A stretch of DNA of 56,356 nucleotides, the filler included, from Streblomastix strix (taxonomy: Eukaryota): NCBI GenBank assembly GCA_008636045.1. It is 2 parts of 2 records of this genome, joined end to end, with 100 filler letters (N's around TTAATTAATTAA, not from the genome) between each part and the next. Parts side by side here need not be neighbours in the genome. Positions count along the whole stretch, not along the records: positions 1 to 28,132 come from SNRW01000131.1; 1 more part is not named here. One strand, written 5' to 3'. Made by a program: the position numbers and the translations under genes. Shown here piece after piece: positions 14,031 to 26,169 of this stretch. The notes beneath the pieces are model-generated. The model searched no databases. It had not been told where the DNA came from and saw only the letters and a list, made by a program, of their open reading frames with translations. Every line of letters starts with the position of its first letter. Position 1 is the stretch's first letter.

Positions 14031-17000
14031 TCCTGACGAGCCGTCATCATCAGCGCGCTCATCTTCTCTATTCCAGAAGGAAATCTCAACGCTGATCTCC
14101 CTTGTTTGGAGTGTCCCTGCCCGATTAGGGATATCTACTTCCTTTCATCCTCATCGTTAGAGTTTTTTAGTTCAGGTTTAACCTATTCGGATTTTTCTCC
14201 AGCCTCTTTTGGGCGGAGACTTAGGCTTTGGAAGTTTGAAAGTTGTTTTTGTTTGAGCTTGGGTATTGCAGCCCTGGCTTTATTCATCAGAGATATTCAA
14301 GCCTTCTGTTTTTGATTTTTTGCTTCCTTTCCCATTCTTAGGCTTCTCCTGAACTCCAACTGGAGCAGGGTCTGTATCATCCTTTTCCATTTAACTCAAA
14401 GTATTTAAGCCTTGGTCATTTTATGGTTATGTACCCATGTTCTCTTAAACTGGGGGCTATGAGATTATATTTACTCTATAGTCTTTGTTCTGGATTAGTG
14501 CTGCTACATACGTTTATTCATCTTCTTCCTCTTCAGCATTATCCTCATGGCCTTCATTTATTTAAGGATCTGTTCTTTCCATAATATTGGCAGATATTGA
14601 TCCCGCATCTTTTAGCCTCAGTCTAGCATTTAAGTCTGGGCTCTGGGCACCAGAACTCGGTTACAAACCACTTTTCTGTGCAATAGTTCCCTGAATATCG
14701 GGTATATCAACATTCATGTAGTTAAGATCATTAATTCCTTATTGTTGAAGTTATTGACTTGCATGTAATTACAATATTTCTCTCTCTAATTTCATTTGTC
14801 TTTAATTAACTCCCTCTCAATGAGTTGTTTTCTGTTTTTGGTTATCAGATCATTGTATTTAGCTACTTGGTTTGTCTTAGTACATTTCAGTACTAATCAT
14901 CATTGGTGTTGATGAAACAATCTTTTATTAAGTTTTCGTATTAGTTGTTTATAATTGTATCTGTTATTTTGCTGTTTAGTTGAAGATTGATTATTAATTC
15001 ATTTGTTATTGATATTATTATTATGGACTTTATTTAGGTGTTATGGAATTATTGATATCAATTTTTCCAATTACTTGTTGTAAATCGTTCTCTGAGTCAG
15101 ATATTCCATATTATTCTTTCTCTTTCTATAGTGCTGCTAGCTTTTCTTGTAGAATTTCTTGTTCATCAACATCATCTTGATTTGGTGATATATCTTTTCT
15201 ACATCTCTATCTTTGGATTTGCACTGTTGTTGCTATTTTGATTGTACATGTATCTATTGCACTCTTTGTGTTTGTTGGGCCGGTTATTTAGGTTATGGTG
15301 GTGTTACATGGTGTTACAGGACTTCATCTTCTGTCCTGCTTGAGTCTCTCTCACTATGGTTCTCAGGCGGGTCTATTTTTGCAATTGTGCTCATTTTGTC
15401 CACTCGTCATTTGAATTGTCATCCCTGCCATCTCCTCTATTTCTATTATAATATTAGTGTATCCTATTCCAGTTTATTGGATTTTTTGTTTTAATGAAGT
15501 TCTACTTTGTATATAGGTTATACCTTTAAGCTTCACTTTCTCTCTCTTGATATGGCTGATCTCTATCCAAGTATTCCTATCCTCCTCTATAATAGTTCTA
15601 ATCTCTTCCTCTAAACGCTCCCCGACTTCTGCCTCTCGGTTCGCCTCTGACCTCAAATTCATTCTAATTTCTATCGATATACTTATTTGTTTCTCTTGGA
15701 ACTTAATAGTACCTCAATCTCGAATAACCTCTTGATCCTATTCGTTCTCTCGATTCACTTCTTCTGTCATGGGAATCATATCTTGATTTCTTGTCATGCG
15801 GTGATAAAGATCTATGTCTCTGTCTTCCAAATTTATTTCTAAATTTTTGTTCTGTTGTTTTGGTTGATTGTAATGTCTCTGAGTCGTCTTCTGAGTCATA
15901 CTCTTTCTTTATACTTGCCACTCTTAAATCAAAGTTGTATTCTTTCCAGAACGCTTTAATTTCATCTAATGAAGGTGTTAACCTTACTGTTTTGGCTTTC
16001 TCCAATCTGCAGCATGTAGTACGCCTGGGCCAAATCCAGGCCAATACTATCCTTCATCATCCTTGCTAACTGGTATTAGATCAAATCCCTTTAATATCCA
16101 TATATGCATATGGTCTTTAATAGTTTCCTTTGTTAGTACGTTCGCGATTCCTAGGATTTCTTGTTCTGCGTTCAATGCAGGAGGGAAAATTGTTGACTGT
16201 GGTATTGCAGCGTTTCTCTGTACATACAATCCATGACCTGGCGGTGGCTAGTCTCGCCGTCCTGAATTTGGAGGAGGCATATCATCATGTGTTCTCCTGA
16301 TTTAAATCCCCTGGTTTTGTCCCAGGGCTTAGTTCTCGTTTTGGTTTAACATTGGTCTCATCACTTATTTCCAAATTGCTGATGGTATTAATGGGCGAAA
16401 TCTTTTAGTCTTGACCCTTGCTTTCCCAAGTTGTTAAATTCCGAACAGTAAATTCGTTATTCCCACCGCGTCTTTATTCGCCATGTCGCTCCTGGCAATG
16501 ACCTGCGCTCCTAGCATGTGCGATCCTGCTTCACTATTCAAATGTGAGATAATTGAATTCGCGACCAAGTTAAAATAGTTCGTGTTGGTCCCGTTTTCGT
16601 TCCGCGCTCTCGAAAAATGCGTTCTTTCAGCATCCCTTAAATTGTGAATCATCTGGCTGAGTATGTCGATTGCTAAATTATCTTCCTGTTGTTCGCACAA
16701 GTGTGCCAGCATTCCTTCACTTATTCCGAAGTTGTACAGCGCCAATGCTTGCTGGCTTTGTAAAATTTTGTCGATCAGACTGCGCTTCGAGTCTAGCACT
16801 TCGTCTGGTACTGGTACCGATGTCACAGGTAGTAGTGAAGGACACTGTATTTCCATTTTCCTGGCCTCGCCGCGCATTTCGTCTAGGATATTCGTAGCCC
16901 AGAACTCTATCTCGCTCGCTTGCACGCCAGTCATCGCCTATAAACCTTTGTCATATGCGTTTGCATCCTTTCACTAACCGCCTGCCTCGACGTTGTTATC

Positions 17001-17178
17001 ATTCGATATCTTACAGCGTCTGCTGCAGCTCGGACTGAAGAATCTTCCCGATCTCGTCTCACATCTTCGATACCTCGCTAATGGTCGTGGCAGGTGTCCC
17101 TGCAGTGAACTTCGGTGTGTCGAAGTTCGCAGACAGTCGCTGCTCTAACGGTTCCGGTTTTACTGAATTCTTTGACAT
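14030..17178 (-). pseudogene. Element 2 long 5' ORF region (gag-position; possibly two ORFs)
   Basis: ATG at 17178 just inside the 5' ITR. Includes ORF-track pieces 16434-16934, 16047-16229 and 15703-16044 (RS-rich, then Q-rich). No known domain recognised. Confidence 0.6.
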
Positions 17179-17190
17179 TTTTTTGAAAAT

Positions 17191-17285
17191 GGCCACATCA
17201 TAGATCGGATGCCTGTTCGTGCACCGGCCACATATAGAAGCAACAATGGTATCTCAATAAAGAAATGAGATAAGGAATTAAGGGG
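17191..17285. repeat. Element 2 5' inverted terminal repeat
   Basis: Reverse complement of 10117-10209; followed outward by a ~42-nt unique terminal extension to 17327. Confidence 0.9.
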
Positions 17286-18503
17286 TTAACCAATTATTAT
17301 CCTCGTCTCCCTTGGAAACAAGGTAATTCTTTCTAAATAAATTGAAATGAAATTCTTTTATGATGATATATATACAATTAAATGTCTTAATGTCTAACTT
17401 TCTATTCATAAAAATGGATCAAATATCAGTAAATTAAAAGTTGCATCAGTTATTAAATAGAAAATTGAATACTTGAAAAATGATAAATATGTTGATAAAT
17501 TGGAAGAAAAAAATGATTGATATGAAGATATAATATAAAAAAATTAAACTAAATCCAAAGAATTAGTTACAATAGTAATATCAATGATTGGAGATTAAGA
17601 GAAAATAAAAAGAATAAATAAATGAATTGATATTTATAATAAGAATAAATCAATAATTAAATCAATATTTAAAAGAAAATATCATATAATTAATTTTATT
17701 ATCCATTTTTTAATTTCACAATCCAATTTTTATTTTTATTTATTTTTAACTTTTTTGAGAGTTTTTTTAATTTTAATATTCTCGTTATTATTTATTATAT
17801 ATTCATTTCATATTCATAATTATAATCTTATTCTTTTAAACCTTCATTTTCCGAATCTTTCTATAAATTGAATAATGAAATCAAATCAAAATTTTAAGAT
17901 CAAGACTCCATTAATAAAAAAGATGAAGAATAAATATAATAAAAACAAAAATAATTAGAAGAATAGAACGTTTTGTTTGAATTTGTATAATGAATTATTT
18001 TATCTTTCTTAATAAATAAATGAATAAGTTTTGTATATAACGATGCATTCAATGATTTAACAGAAATATAGAAATATATTTAGAGTCGCTTCATCATTTT
18101 TTAACTTGCAAATCAAATTGATGTTTTTTTATCACAATTAAATAAGATATTTAACTCATTTTTTCTCAAAAATAATTTATTATCATGTAAAAATTAAATA
18201 AACTGGAATAAAAAGTTAATATTCTATTTGATTTAATTTACAATTCAACATTAAAAATTGTTTGATTTATTGTTATGATCTATTTTTTGTTGACTGCTGC
18301 CATTTTAATCTACAACTTGAATCAATTAATATTAATAACTATTAAATTTATTATTTTTCAAACAAATTAGATAAAATTAATAAAATAAAACTATAACAAT
18401 TGTCTAGGTTTGATAAATTATAATTAAATTAATAAAATTTTATTAAATCAAAAAGGAATCTCTGTGAATCAATTTTGTTACCAATAGTATCACACTGGAA
18501 ACT

Positions 18504-18618
18504 GAGGAGTGCATTTATTATATCCAACAACTTCACCTTTATTGAGTGTTTGCAATCAACTATTTGAATTGATTCTTCTAGCAATTCCCCAAAGAATGTT
18601 TACAATTGGGAAGCCATT
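18504..18618. repeat. Element 3 5' ITR
   Basis: caacaacttcacctttattgagtgtttgcaatcaactatttgaattgattcttctagcaattccccaaa matches the reverse complement of 26054-26165. Confidence 0.9.
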
Positions 18619-18713
18619 TTAAAAACTGCAAAAGATTGGCTTACGCTCTGGACAAATTTCACCTGTAAACGTCCATCGAGCAGGGACTCATACTAGACAC
18701 AGAATTATGCAAA

Positions 18714-21700
18714 CATGGTACCTCTAAAACGTCTACAGGCCGTCGCGCAGCCGCATCCGACGTTTGTGAACGCGTTCCTTCGCCCGAACATTGAGATTAA
18801 CTCGCTGGACCCTGACTAAACAGTATCGACACTAGAAGAGTTACCATAGAAAGCGATAACAGCAGCACAAACACTCTTAGCGGGACTTTCGGGGCAGGAA
18901 ACGTCGCAGACCGATGTTTATGCGGAAAACCGTTAGAAGAGCAAGTCGTTGAAGCTAGACAATTCACAAGAGCAGCCCCAGACTTGGTGACGCACAGGGG
19001 ACCGCTGAAACACAATAATCCACCAGTGCAAATTGTGCTCGCTTTTGATCAAGTCCTCGCAGATCCAGAAACGAAATTGCTATAACAGTACAGACTGCTA
19101 CAGGGAACACTGACATAGATCGTAAAACGAGACTGGATAGCAACTCTGAAATTTAATTTGAGCAGGTTCATAAACATATACGACACGATTTACAAGATAA
19201 TCATTACGGGAGCACCGATGGACGCGACGGAACAAGGGAATTTATTGAAAACATAGCCTTATACAGTAATACGTCCAGTGTACAACAATTAGATGTTGAG
19301 ATCGTTACGTGCACTACTGTAGACTGAGAGAGCACATCCAGCATCGGTAGACCCATTATTGATAAGAATTATTGGCTTTACGGGAGAATTGGACCAGAAA
19401 TTGAAGAAGCTAACTGCGAAACAAGTAATAGATTTGATCAGGAGCAAGCCAGAGATAATGATACCAGAATGTGCTCAAGATTTCGAGAGGAAACCAACAT
19501 CGAAAACCAAACTGACTGTTTTTTACCACTGTTATGTTAGTTATAACAGTAGAGCCTGAATCCAAACACACCTCTCATTCATTTTTATATCCAAACCCCT
19601 TAAAAGTAAATATGATGATAATAGTCACTACAATACCCCTTCTAATACTCGGGGTAACCAATGTAGTATCCGATCTAACCAATTCAGTTCCCAACTATCC
19701 CACCACCAAATCCATTTTTACCAACGGTGAACCCCCCGTAAACACAAATGAGCGAAAATGTATGAGACTAACAAAACTTGATTCTACCCGTTCAACAAGT
19801 TGACCAAGCTGCAATACAAACAATTGAATTACCAAGACAAAATACAACAACAACCAGGAACATTAATAACCTGTTGATTCCACCAATACCAGTATATCCA
19901 TAACAACAAACTTCTCGAATACCACTGATACCCTACACAACAAAGAGGAATAAATAGCAAAGACAGAGTTAAAGATCAATATCTCTAATATACAAGAGAG
20001 CAGATGAATCTGAAGAAAAGGACATTCTAGATGAAAAAATACCTGGAATAACAATGCCACACTTACCACCGCACAAGAGTGACATAGAAACAGCACAAAG
20101 AACATGATAAAACAGAGGATATGATTTAGTTAGAGATCCCAGTGTGATCAAATTCAAGACCTTGATATGGCATAGCAAGCTGGTAGCACAGAAGCCCTTC
20201 ATATTTAGAGACTGAAGAGAGTTCTGGTCAGATGCAGGCTTTTAAATGGAATAAATCAATATACTGCACTATCTGTCAAATGAATGCAAGTCTCAAAGCC
20301 CTCACGACAAGTCAAGAAGAAATGAATCTGTTAGAATATATGATAGGGAGAAGGAATATGCGATAGAGAATGGGAAAGAAATGAAAAAGAGAAGAGAAGA
20401 TGAGGCGATCCTGGATGCAGAAACGAAAAGAAAACAAAGCAGTAGTAGTAGCAGCAGCAGTAGCAGTAGCAATAACAGCTTGAAAATAAAAGAAGATTGG
20501 ACAGGCAAGGGAAATACAATAATTCCGTGAACCGATGGAGACGTGGACTGGTTTGAAGATGATGAACACCATAGATAAATAGAGAAAGTGAGACAGATCG
20601 AATTTGAATGAAAACAATGGACTATGAGTCAATAACAATCCCAATCGCAACAATCACAAATGTGAAAAGATCAATTAGCAAATGAAAACTAGAGACAAAA
20701 GCGTTCAGAGCTGAAAAACACCATTTCATTCATACAACCTGACTCAAATACATAAACAAATTTAAATATATACTTCAATTACATATGTCCGTAATATAAT
20801 ACACCCCACAAATATCCTTCACCACACCCTCAATAACACTCACTATCACCCATATAGGACGAAACATTAGCAATTCTAAGGACAATTTCCCCCAGAGATC
20901 CACGAGGATACAAGGAAAGAGAACCCGAAAGGAAATATCCGAAACTACAACAATATGCAGGACTAATGGATGTAGTTAAAAGTTTCCACGAAATAATGAA
21001 GCCAATGATTGAAGAAGAAAAGAAGAAACCCAAAATTTTGTTATCAGGATAATACAAAGAATATTCGAACAAAGACGGACGGGCGTTCTTCTATTCATCT
21101 AAGAACTATCGCCCAACACCAATACCCAGATCTAATGACCTGAATCTCTCAGAAGAACTACGAAATTAGTTTGGTGGGGACATATACGAGGACGTAGTCC
21201 CCTTTTGTCTTTGACTAACCAACAATCTTGAAGCTTTGGCAAATCACCCAAAAGGATCATATATCCCAAGATTTCTAAATATCAGTGATGGAATGGCTGG
21301 ATTCATTAACATACACCCCCAAATTTACCAATCTATTCTTGAAGCTGTAAAAGGTTTAATCGTATTCGCAGCAAAACAAATCATATAATCAGAAACAGAT
21401 AGTAATGACTAAGAGCAATTAACGAACGAACTAGAGAGAGTCGTAGCTGATAGAATAGATGACAACGAAGACGAAGACTAATCTATGCACGTAATCGAAC
21501 CCAAGCATCTCACAAACGGAAACGATGGACTCAGAAAGAATGACAGCGGGACTCAGTTAAAGGCCACTGTCAACGGAGAAGCGAATCCCTTCATTAATAT
21601 CACAAAAATATCCGCCAACACTCCACCTCACAATGTAAACGGATCTGATGGACTTGGAGGAAACGGTTGTAGGAAGCAGTTACAGGCAGCAACCAATGAA

Positions 21701-22380
21701 AATGAACTCTTAAACCATCAAACAAATGATAACACTGGCAATGAAAATAATAACGAGCAAGCTAACGATAATAGAACTAGATGACAATAAAACAATTAAA
21801 GATCCAACATGAAGAAGAAACAAAACTTTAAGATAATGGAAATACTAAATTTAGAAGGACAGGATCATTTCTTACAACCAATCCCGTATAAGATCTAAGA
21901 AATACAAATATTTTATAATCCAAAGGTTAACCATCCATAATCATCACAACCTCAAAATTAGGCAAAGTTAAAGGGAAAGTTGCAGTACCCAAACAAAGGA
22001 TGCTACCAACCAACGATCATGATACCAGAAGTAAAATAGGCTTGTCAAAGTCCGTACCTAATAATTACTTAGGGAGTCCCGAAGCTAGAGTTAACTCTGA
22101 CACTCTTAGTAATTTCGTACCCCAGTAGGAGAAGAGTAAAAAGGCAGATGTAGCCCAAGCTACTGAAATAAGTCCGCAAAACGCTCTAATAGTAACAAGA
22201 CCAGTGCAGGATCCAAGAAACAGAAACATGGATTCAACCTCGAAAACTAGATAGAAATAGAGCCCGATTACGAGGCTGACTAGCCGGATTAGCTGGACTG
22301 AGTAAGAACGAAAGGAGAAAGGAAGTGAGAGCAGAGATCTTGAGAGCTGTGAAACTGACAAAGAGAATAGAGAAATATTA
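18714..22380 (+). pseudogene. Element 3 long 5' ORF region (gag-position), includes a 13-codon polyQ at 20440-20478
   Basis: Coding-like sequence between the 5' ITR and RT. The polyQ is written cag tag tag tag cag cag cag tag cag tag caa taa cag. Boundaries approximate. Confidence 0.55.
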
Positions 22381-22383
22381 GAC

Positions 22384-24358
22384 GGGAATTGAAGGGATAA
22401 ACAACGAGATACTTGGAATAATGGGCAACAATTAACTTGAAAGATTTCATCAAATAAGGATTTACCCTCTAATGGAAAGATAGCTAGAGCACTAACAAGT
22501 TATAACTTTAGTTAAAGAAAATGAATTTTAGATAAATAACAAATTAAGCGAAAGAGTGCAAGATAACAATAGAAGAGAAATTGAAAGAGAATATTGTAAT
22601 ACCGATCAGAAAAGAATAAATTAAATGGTATAACCTGACATTCATGATTAAGAAAGCTAACGGGAAATAGAGAAAGAGACTAGATGCGGAGGCGTTGAAT
22701 AAATAGATTTCAGACTTCGACTTCAAGATATACGATTCGAACGAGGTGAAGTAAACAATTAGACTTGGAGATTTTGGCACTTCATTGGACCACTCCCCCA
22801 CATTTCACTACCTAATTGTCCAAATTGAATCATTGCCATAACTTGCATTCTAGTTTCAGAACAACCATTACGCATACAGGGCAATGCAATTCGGAACCAA
22901 ACGCTCACTAATAAACTTTGCAACAGTAATGGAATCAATAATGCAACAAATAAGAATGAAAATCGAGATTAGAATAATAAATTACGTCGATGACATCCAT
23001 CTTCTTCATCAGAACAAGCAATACATGAAGAATATGTCTTAGAAAGTAATAGGTACACTGAAAAATTTTGTTTTCACAATAAACTCAGAGAAGAGCGATA
23101 TTGAATAGAAATAGAAAATAATTTTTCTAGGATGAAAATAAAATCTAACCAATGCAACAGTTAAACAAAACCGAAGAAGCGATTACTTTTTCTATACGAT
23201 TTATTCAATATGAGAAGATGGATAAAGACAAGAACAGATATAATAGTAAAACAGACAGCAAAATTAATAAGAAAGTTAAACAACCTAAGACTATAATTTT
23301 AAAAAGCTTCTTTCTTCTTGAACACAATGGACCATCAGAAAGCATTAGCTGCAAGACTGAGAGGATGGAGTACAACGATGATAATGAACAAGACAGCAAT
23401 TCCAGATATAAATTGGTGGGTAGCAAAATTCAGAGCGATCATTCCAGCATTGTCAATACAGATATCACCATAAATATCAATGGCAACGGATGCAGCAGCC
23501 AGTGGACGGGGTTCAACATTGAAGAAGGAACTGGAAACGATAGCAGTAGCTCATGGAACTTGGAACAAAAGATAAGCAAAGCTAACAAGAAACAACCGGG
23601 AAATTAAAGCAATAACTTAAGGCTTATGAAACTTCGCCAAAGACTTAAAGAATTTGCGAGTTTAATTCCTAGTCATCAGAAGCGATAACAGTACAGCAGT
23701 TTTCGACATTAAGAAATGAAAAGCATCAACATGATTGATAAATAAAATTAAACAGGTACACTAAACAATAGAAAAGCTGGGAATCTAAGTCCAGATTATT
23801 CACTTCCCAAGAGTTAAAAACGAAATAGTAGATGCACTAAGTAGACTATCAAGAGCAAGAGACTACAAGTTAAAGGAGAAGATTTATCAACTACATGTCA
23901 TCAGATGAACTTGAACCCAACAATAGGACTTATTCTCACAACACTTCAATAATTTACTGCCAAGACTCATGTCAACAATAAAAAAACACTGAGAAATAGC
24001 AATCGACGCTCTCAATCAAGCATAGAAGAAAGAACTTCCATGGATTCATCCTCCTATCCCTCTCCTTCCAGCAGTTCTGAAAAAGATCGGAGAAGAGCAG
24101 ATAGAAGCAATGATAATTGTACCACTATGGCCAGGTCAGATATGGTATACAGAACTGGTAAACGAGAATGTACAATCCCTTATGCTTGATTGGAGCAACG
24201 AAATTATGGAACCAGTAACATCGTTAATTAAGAAGAATTTGAAACTCTCTCAAGGCAAGATATGTTGTTTCTTGATGGATCGAAAGCCAGGAAAGGAAGA
24301 AGATTCGCGAGAAAAATTTTATGAATATTAAATTTATCCAAGGGAGCAATAGATATGA
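22384..24358 (+). pseudogene. Element 3 pol (RT-RNase H-MTase-like)
   Basis: KWYNLTFMIKKANGK...YAYRAMQFGTK...IINYVDDI; MATDAAASG...NNREIKAI...RSDNSTAV...NEIVDALSRL; LFSQHFNNL...WIHPPIP...VPLWPGQIWY. Ends at TGA 24356-24358. Confidence 0.9.
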
Positions 24359-25328
24359 TTTTATATGGACAAAAATGCAATATTCAAAGAAAATACTATA
24401 ATTCAATCGAAAATCTTACGGAATTGACCCAAATCATTCTTAACACAATAATTAACTTATTAACAATGAAACCACACATCATTATAACAGAGATACTAGC
24501 TTAATTCACTTCATTAAACATTTCTGCAAGCTCAGCAATTCAGTTCCTTAATGTATCTCCTCAATGCTCTCATTCATATTCGACATAGACTTAAAGAATA
24601 ATTTCATGCTCCAATTCACCAAGAAAGCAATCTCAGCACATATGATCGTGAAACCGAAATACGAAGATACAATGAACGTGAGAATACTATTTGACTATTG
24701 GTGAGAAAAAGGATCGAACTTAAATTTGATAAACATTGAACTAAAGACTAAACTCACTTCACTCTTTATGACTATTTGTTCAATGGTACCAGCTAAAATC
24801 GAAGGAATATCTCCAAAACATTAAGTAATTTGCGAATAAATTGACAAATTAGACTTGTGACTGCATGCGAAAACAATGTCAGGACTTCAATCATACAAAC
24901 TTCCAAAGACTAGAGATCGAACTGTATGTCCAAGAGCAACTTTTTTTGATTGGCTGAAAAAAATTGATAACAAACATGGTCGATCCATCAGAGATAATAA
25001 ATATGGAGCACTATGGTGGAATGAAGACATAACTATACCAGCCAAAAGAGGCCAAATCTCACTCAGATTAAAGAAATTATTAGATGTGATAAGTATTAAA
25101 GGGAAATAAGTATATTCTTTTAGACACTCAGCAGCAACATAACTAGTAGTAATGGGTATAGACGAAACATTTTTAAACACATACACAGGACATGCGAGTA
25201 ATTCGAAATCGATAAATAAGTATTATGTATTAGCAGAGAGGTTAAAAGACAATGAAATAGCAACGAAACTATCTGATACTCGCGACTAAGTGGAATGTAA
25301 TCCAATTTCAAGTATTAAATAAACGTGA
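24355..25328 (+). pseudogene. Element 3 tyrosine recombinase
   Basis: KLTSLFMTICSM..., TVCPRATFFDWL, VYSFRHSAATQL, YTGHASNSKSINKYYVLAE. Ends at TGA 25326-25328. Confidence 0.88.
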
Positions 25329-25420
25329 AGCTGTTAAATACAATAAATATACTCCTCAATTGCCAAAGTGGGACTATTGGTAATTAGAGGATGTGTAATA
25401 AAATACGTCAACTTCGCTTT
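25314..25420. repeat. Element 3 ICR
   Basis: 25314-25383 is complementary to the 5' end (18478-18547) and 25384-25420 to the 3' end (26131-26168). Junction AAT at 25382-25384. Confidence 0.9.
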
Positions 25421-26053
25421 CGTCCCACCCATCATTCTAAAACTCAATAGAAATGTATTCATATAGTTTTTACTTTAGTCCAAATCCTTTGTGGCGTTTG
25501 TGAATCTATCACTACACTCTATGTATCATATATTTTCTTTATTATATCTTCCTTTCCTATCTCTGGGAAATGCCATCATGCAATACTGACAAGTAAGTAG
25601 GTGAACTGTTGACAATGTAATCTAATAAGCTAGTGAGCATGAGATGCCAGCAATTATTCATGGGAGGATATGCTCACGCAGTTCGTTGATAGAATTTGAT
25701 ACAAGAAATAAGGATATTTTTATTAATTGGCCATTTTATTTAACATTTAACTAATTTTATTCAATATTTCAACCAGTTTTAACTTTAATATTTAACTTTA
25801 TTTTGTATAATTAACGTTTTTTAATTTAACTTTAATCTTTTTGTTCAATGAGAGAACTTTTATGCTTAATTATGTAGTTGTTCAATTTGGTTTTCACTCT
25901 TACACACCATTTGTTTATGGTGATTTTCTCTTGCTGGCTCTATTCTCACCCACTATACATTTTTAAAACAACAATCGTCTATTTTTTTTGCTGGATCTCC
26001 TTTTATGAGACCAGATTTATCAATTTTTTTAACCTTTCTTTTTTGTTTTTCTT

Positions 26054-26165
26054 AATGGCCACCCCATTGCATTCGTTTTTGGGGAATGGCCAGAAGAATC
26101 ACTTCAAATATTTGATGGCAATCACTCAATAAAGGCGAAGTTGTTGTATATTATTATACATCCTC
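26054..26165. repeat. Element 3 3' ITR
   Basis: Reverse complement of 18504-18618. Confidence 0.9.
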
Positions 26166-26169
26166 TAAC

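Larger units (their letters stand above)
10104..17327 (-). mobile_element. DIRS-like retrotransposon, element 2; full length (~7.2 kb), decayed
   Basis: ITRs at 10117-10209 and 17191-17285; ICR at 10960-11070; AAT at both ends (10104-10106, 17325-17327). RT YCDD at 13375-13386, RNase H, YIHPPIP at 12304-12324, and YR. Confidence 0.95.
9760..17625 (+). pseudogene. Host multicopy family gene, copy B, split by element 2 (pieces ~9760-10106 and 17328-~17625)
   Basis: LHPPVIRNNVINQIK...FEISLFDECP, intron 9978-10090, then DNYDS[insertion]ILSKQIEMKFF...IHKNGSNISKLKVASVIKQ. Collinear with copy A once 10107-17327 is removed. Confidence 0.8.
18477..26168 (+). mobile_element. DIRS-like retrotransposon, element 3; full length (~7.7 kb), decayed
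   Basis: ITRs at 18504-18618 and 26054-26165; ICR at 25314-25420. RT YVDD at 22983-22994, RNase H (TDAA...SDNSTAV...DALSRL), WIHPPIP at 24041-24061, and YR (YSFRH...YTGH...KYY). Confidence 0.95.

Noticed and set aside
5053..25328. Interpretation as prokaryotic retron/DGR/group II intron RT plus phage integrase and methylase
   Set aside because: Intron-containing eukaryotic context, RT-RNase H-MT fusion and ITR/ICR structure identify DIRS-type retrotransposons.
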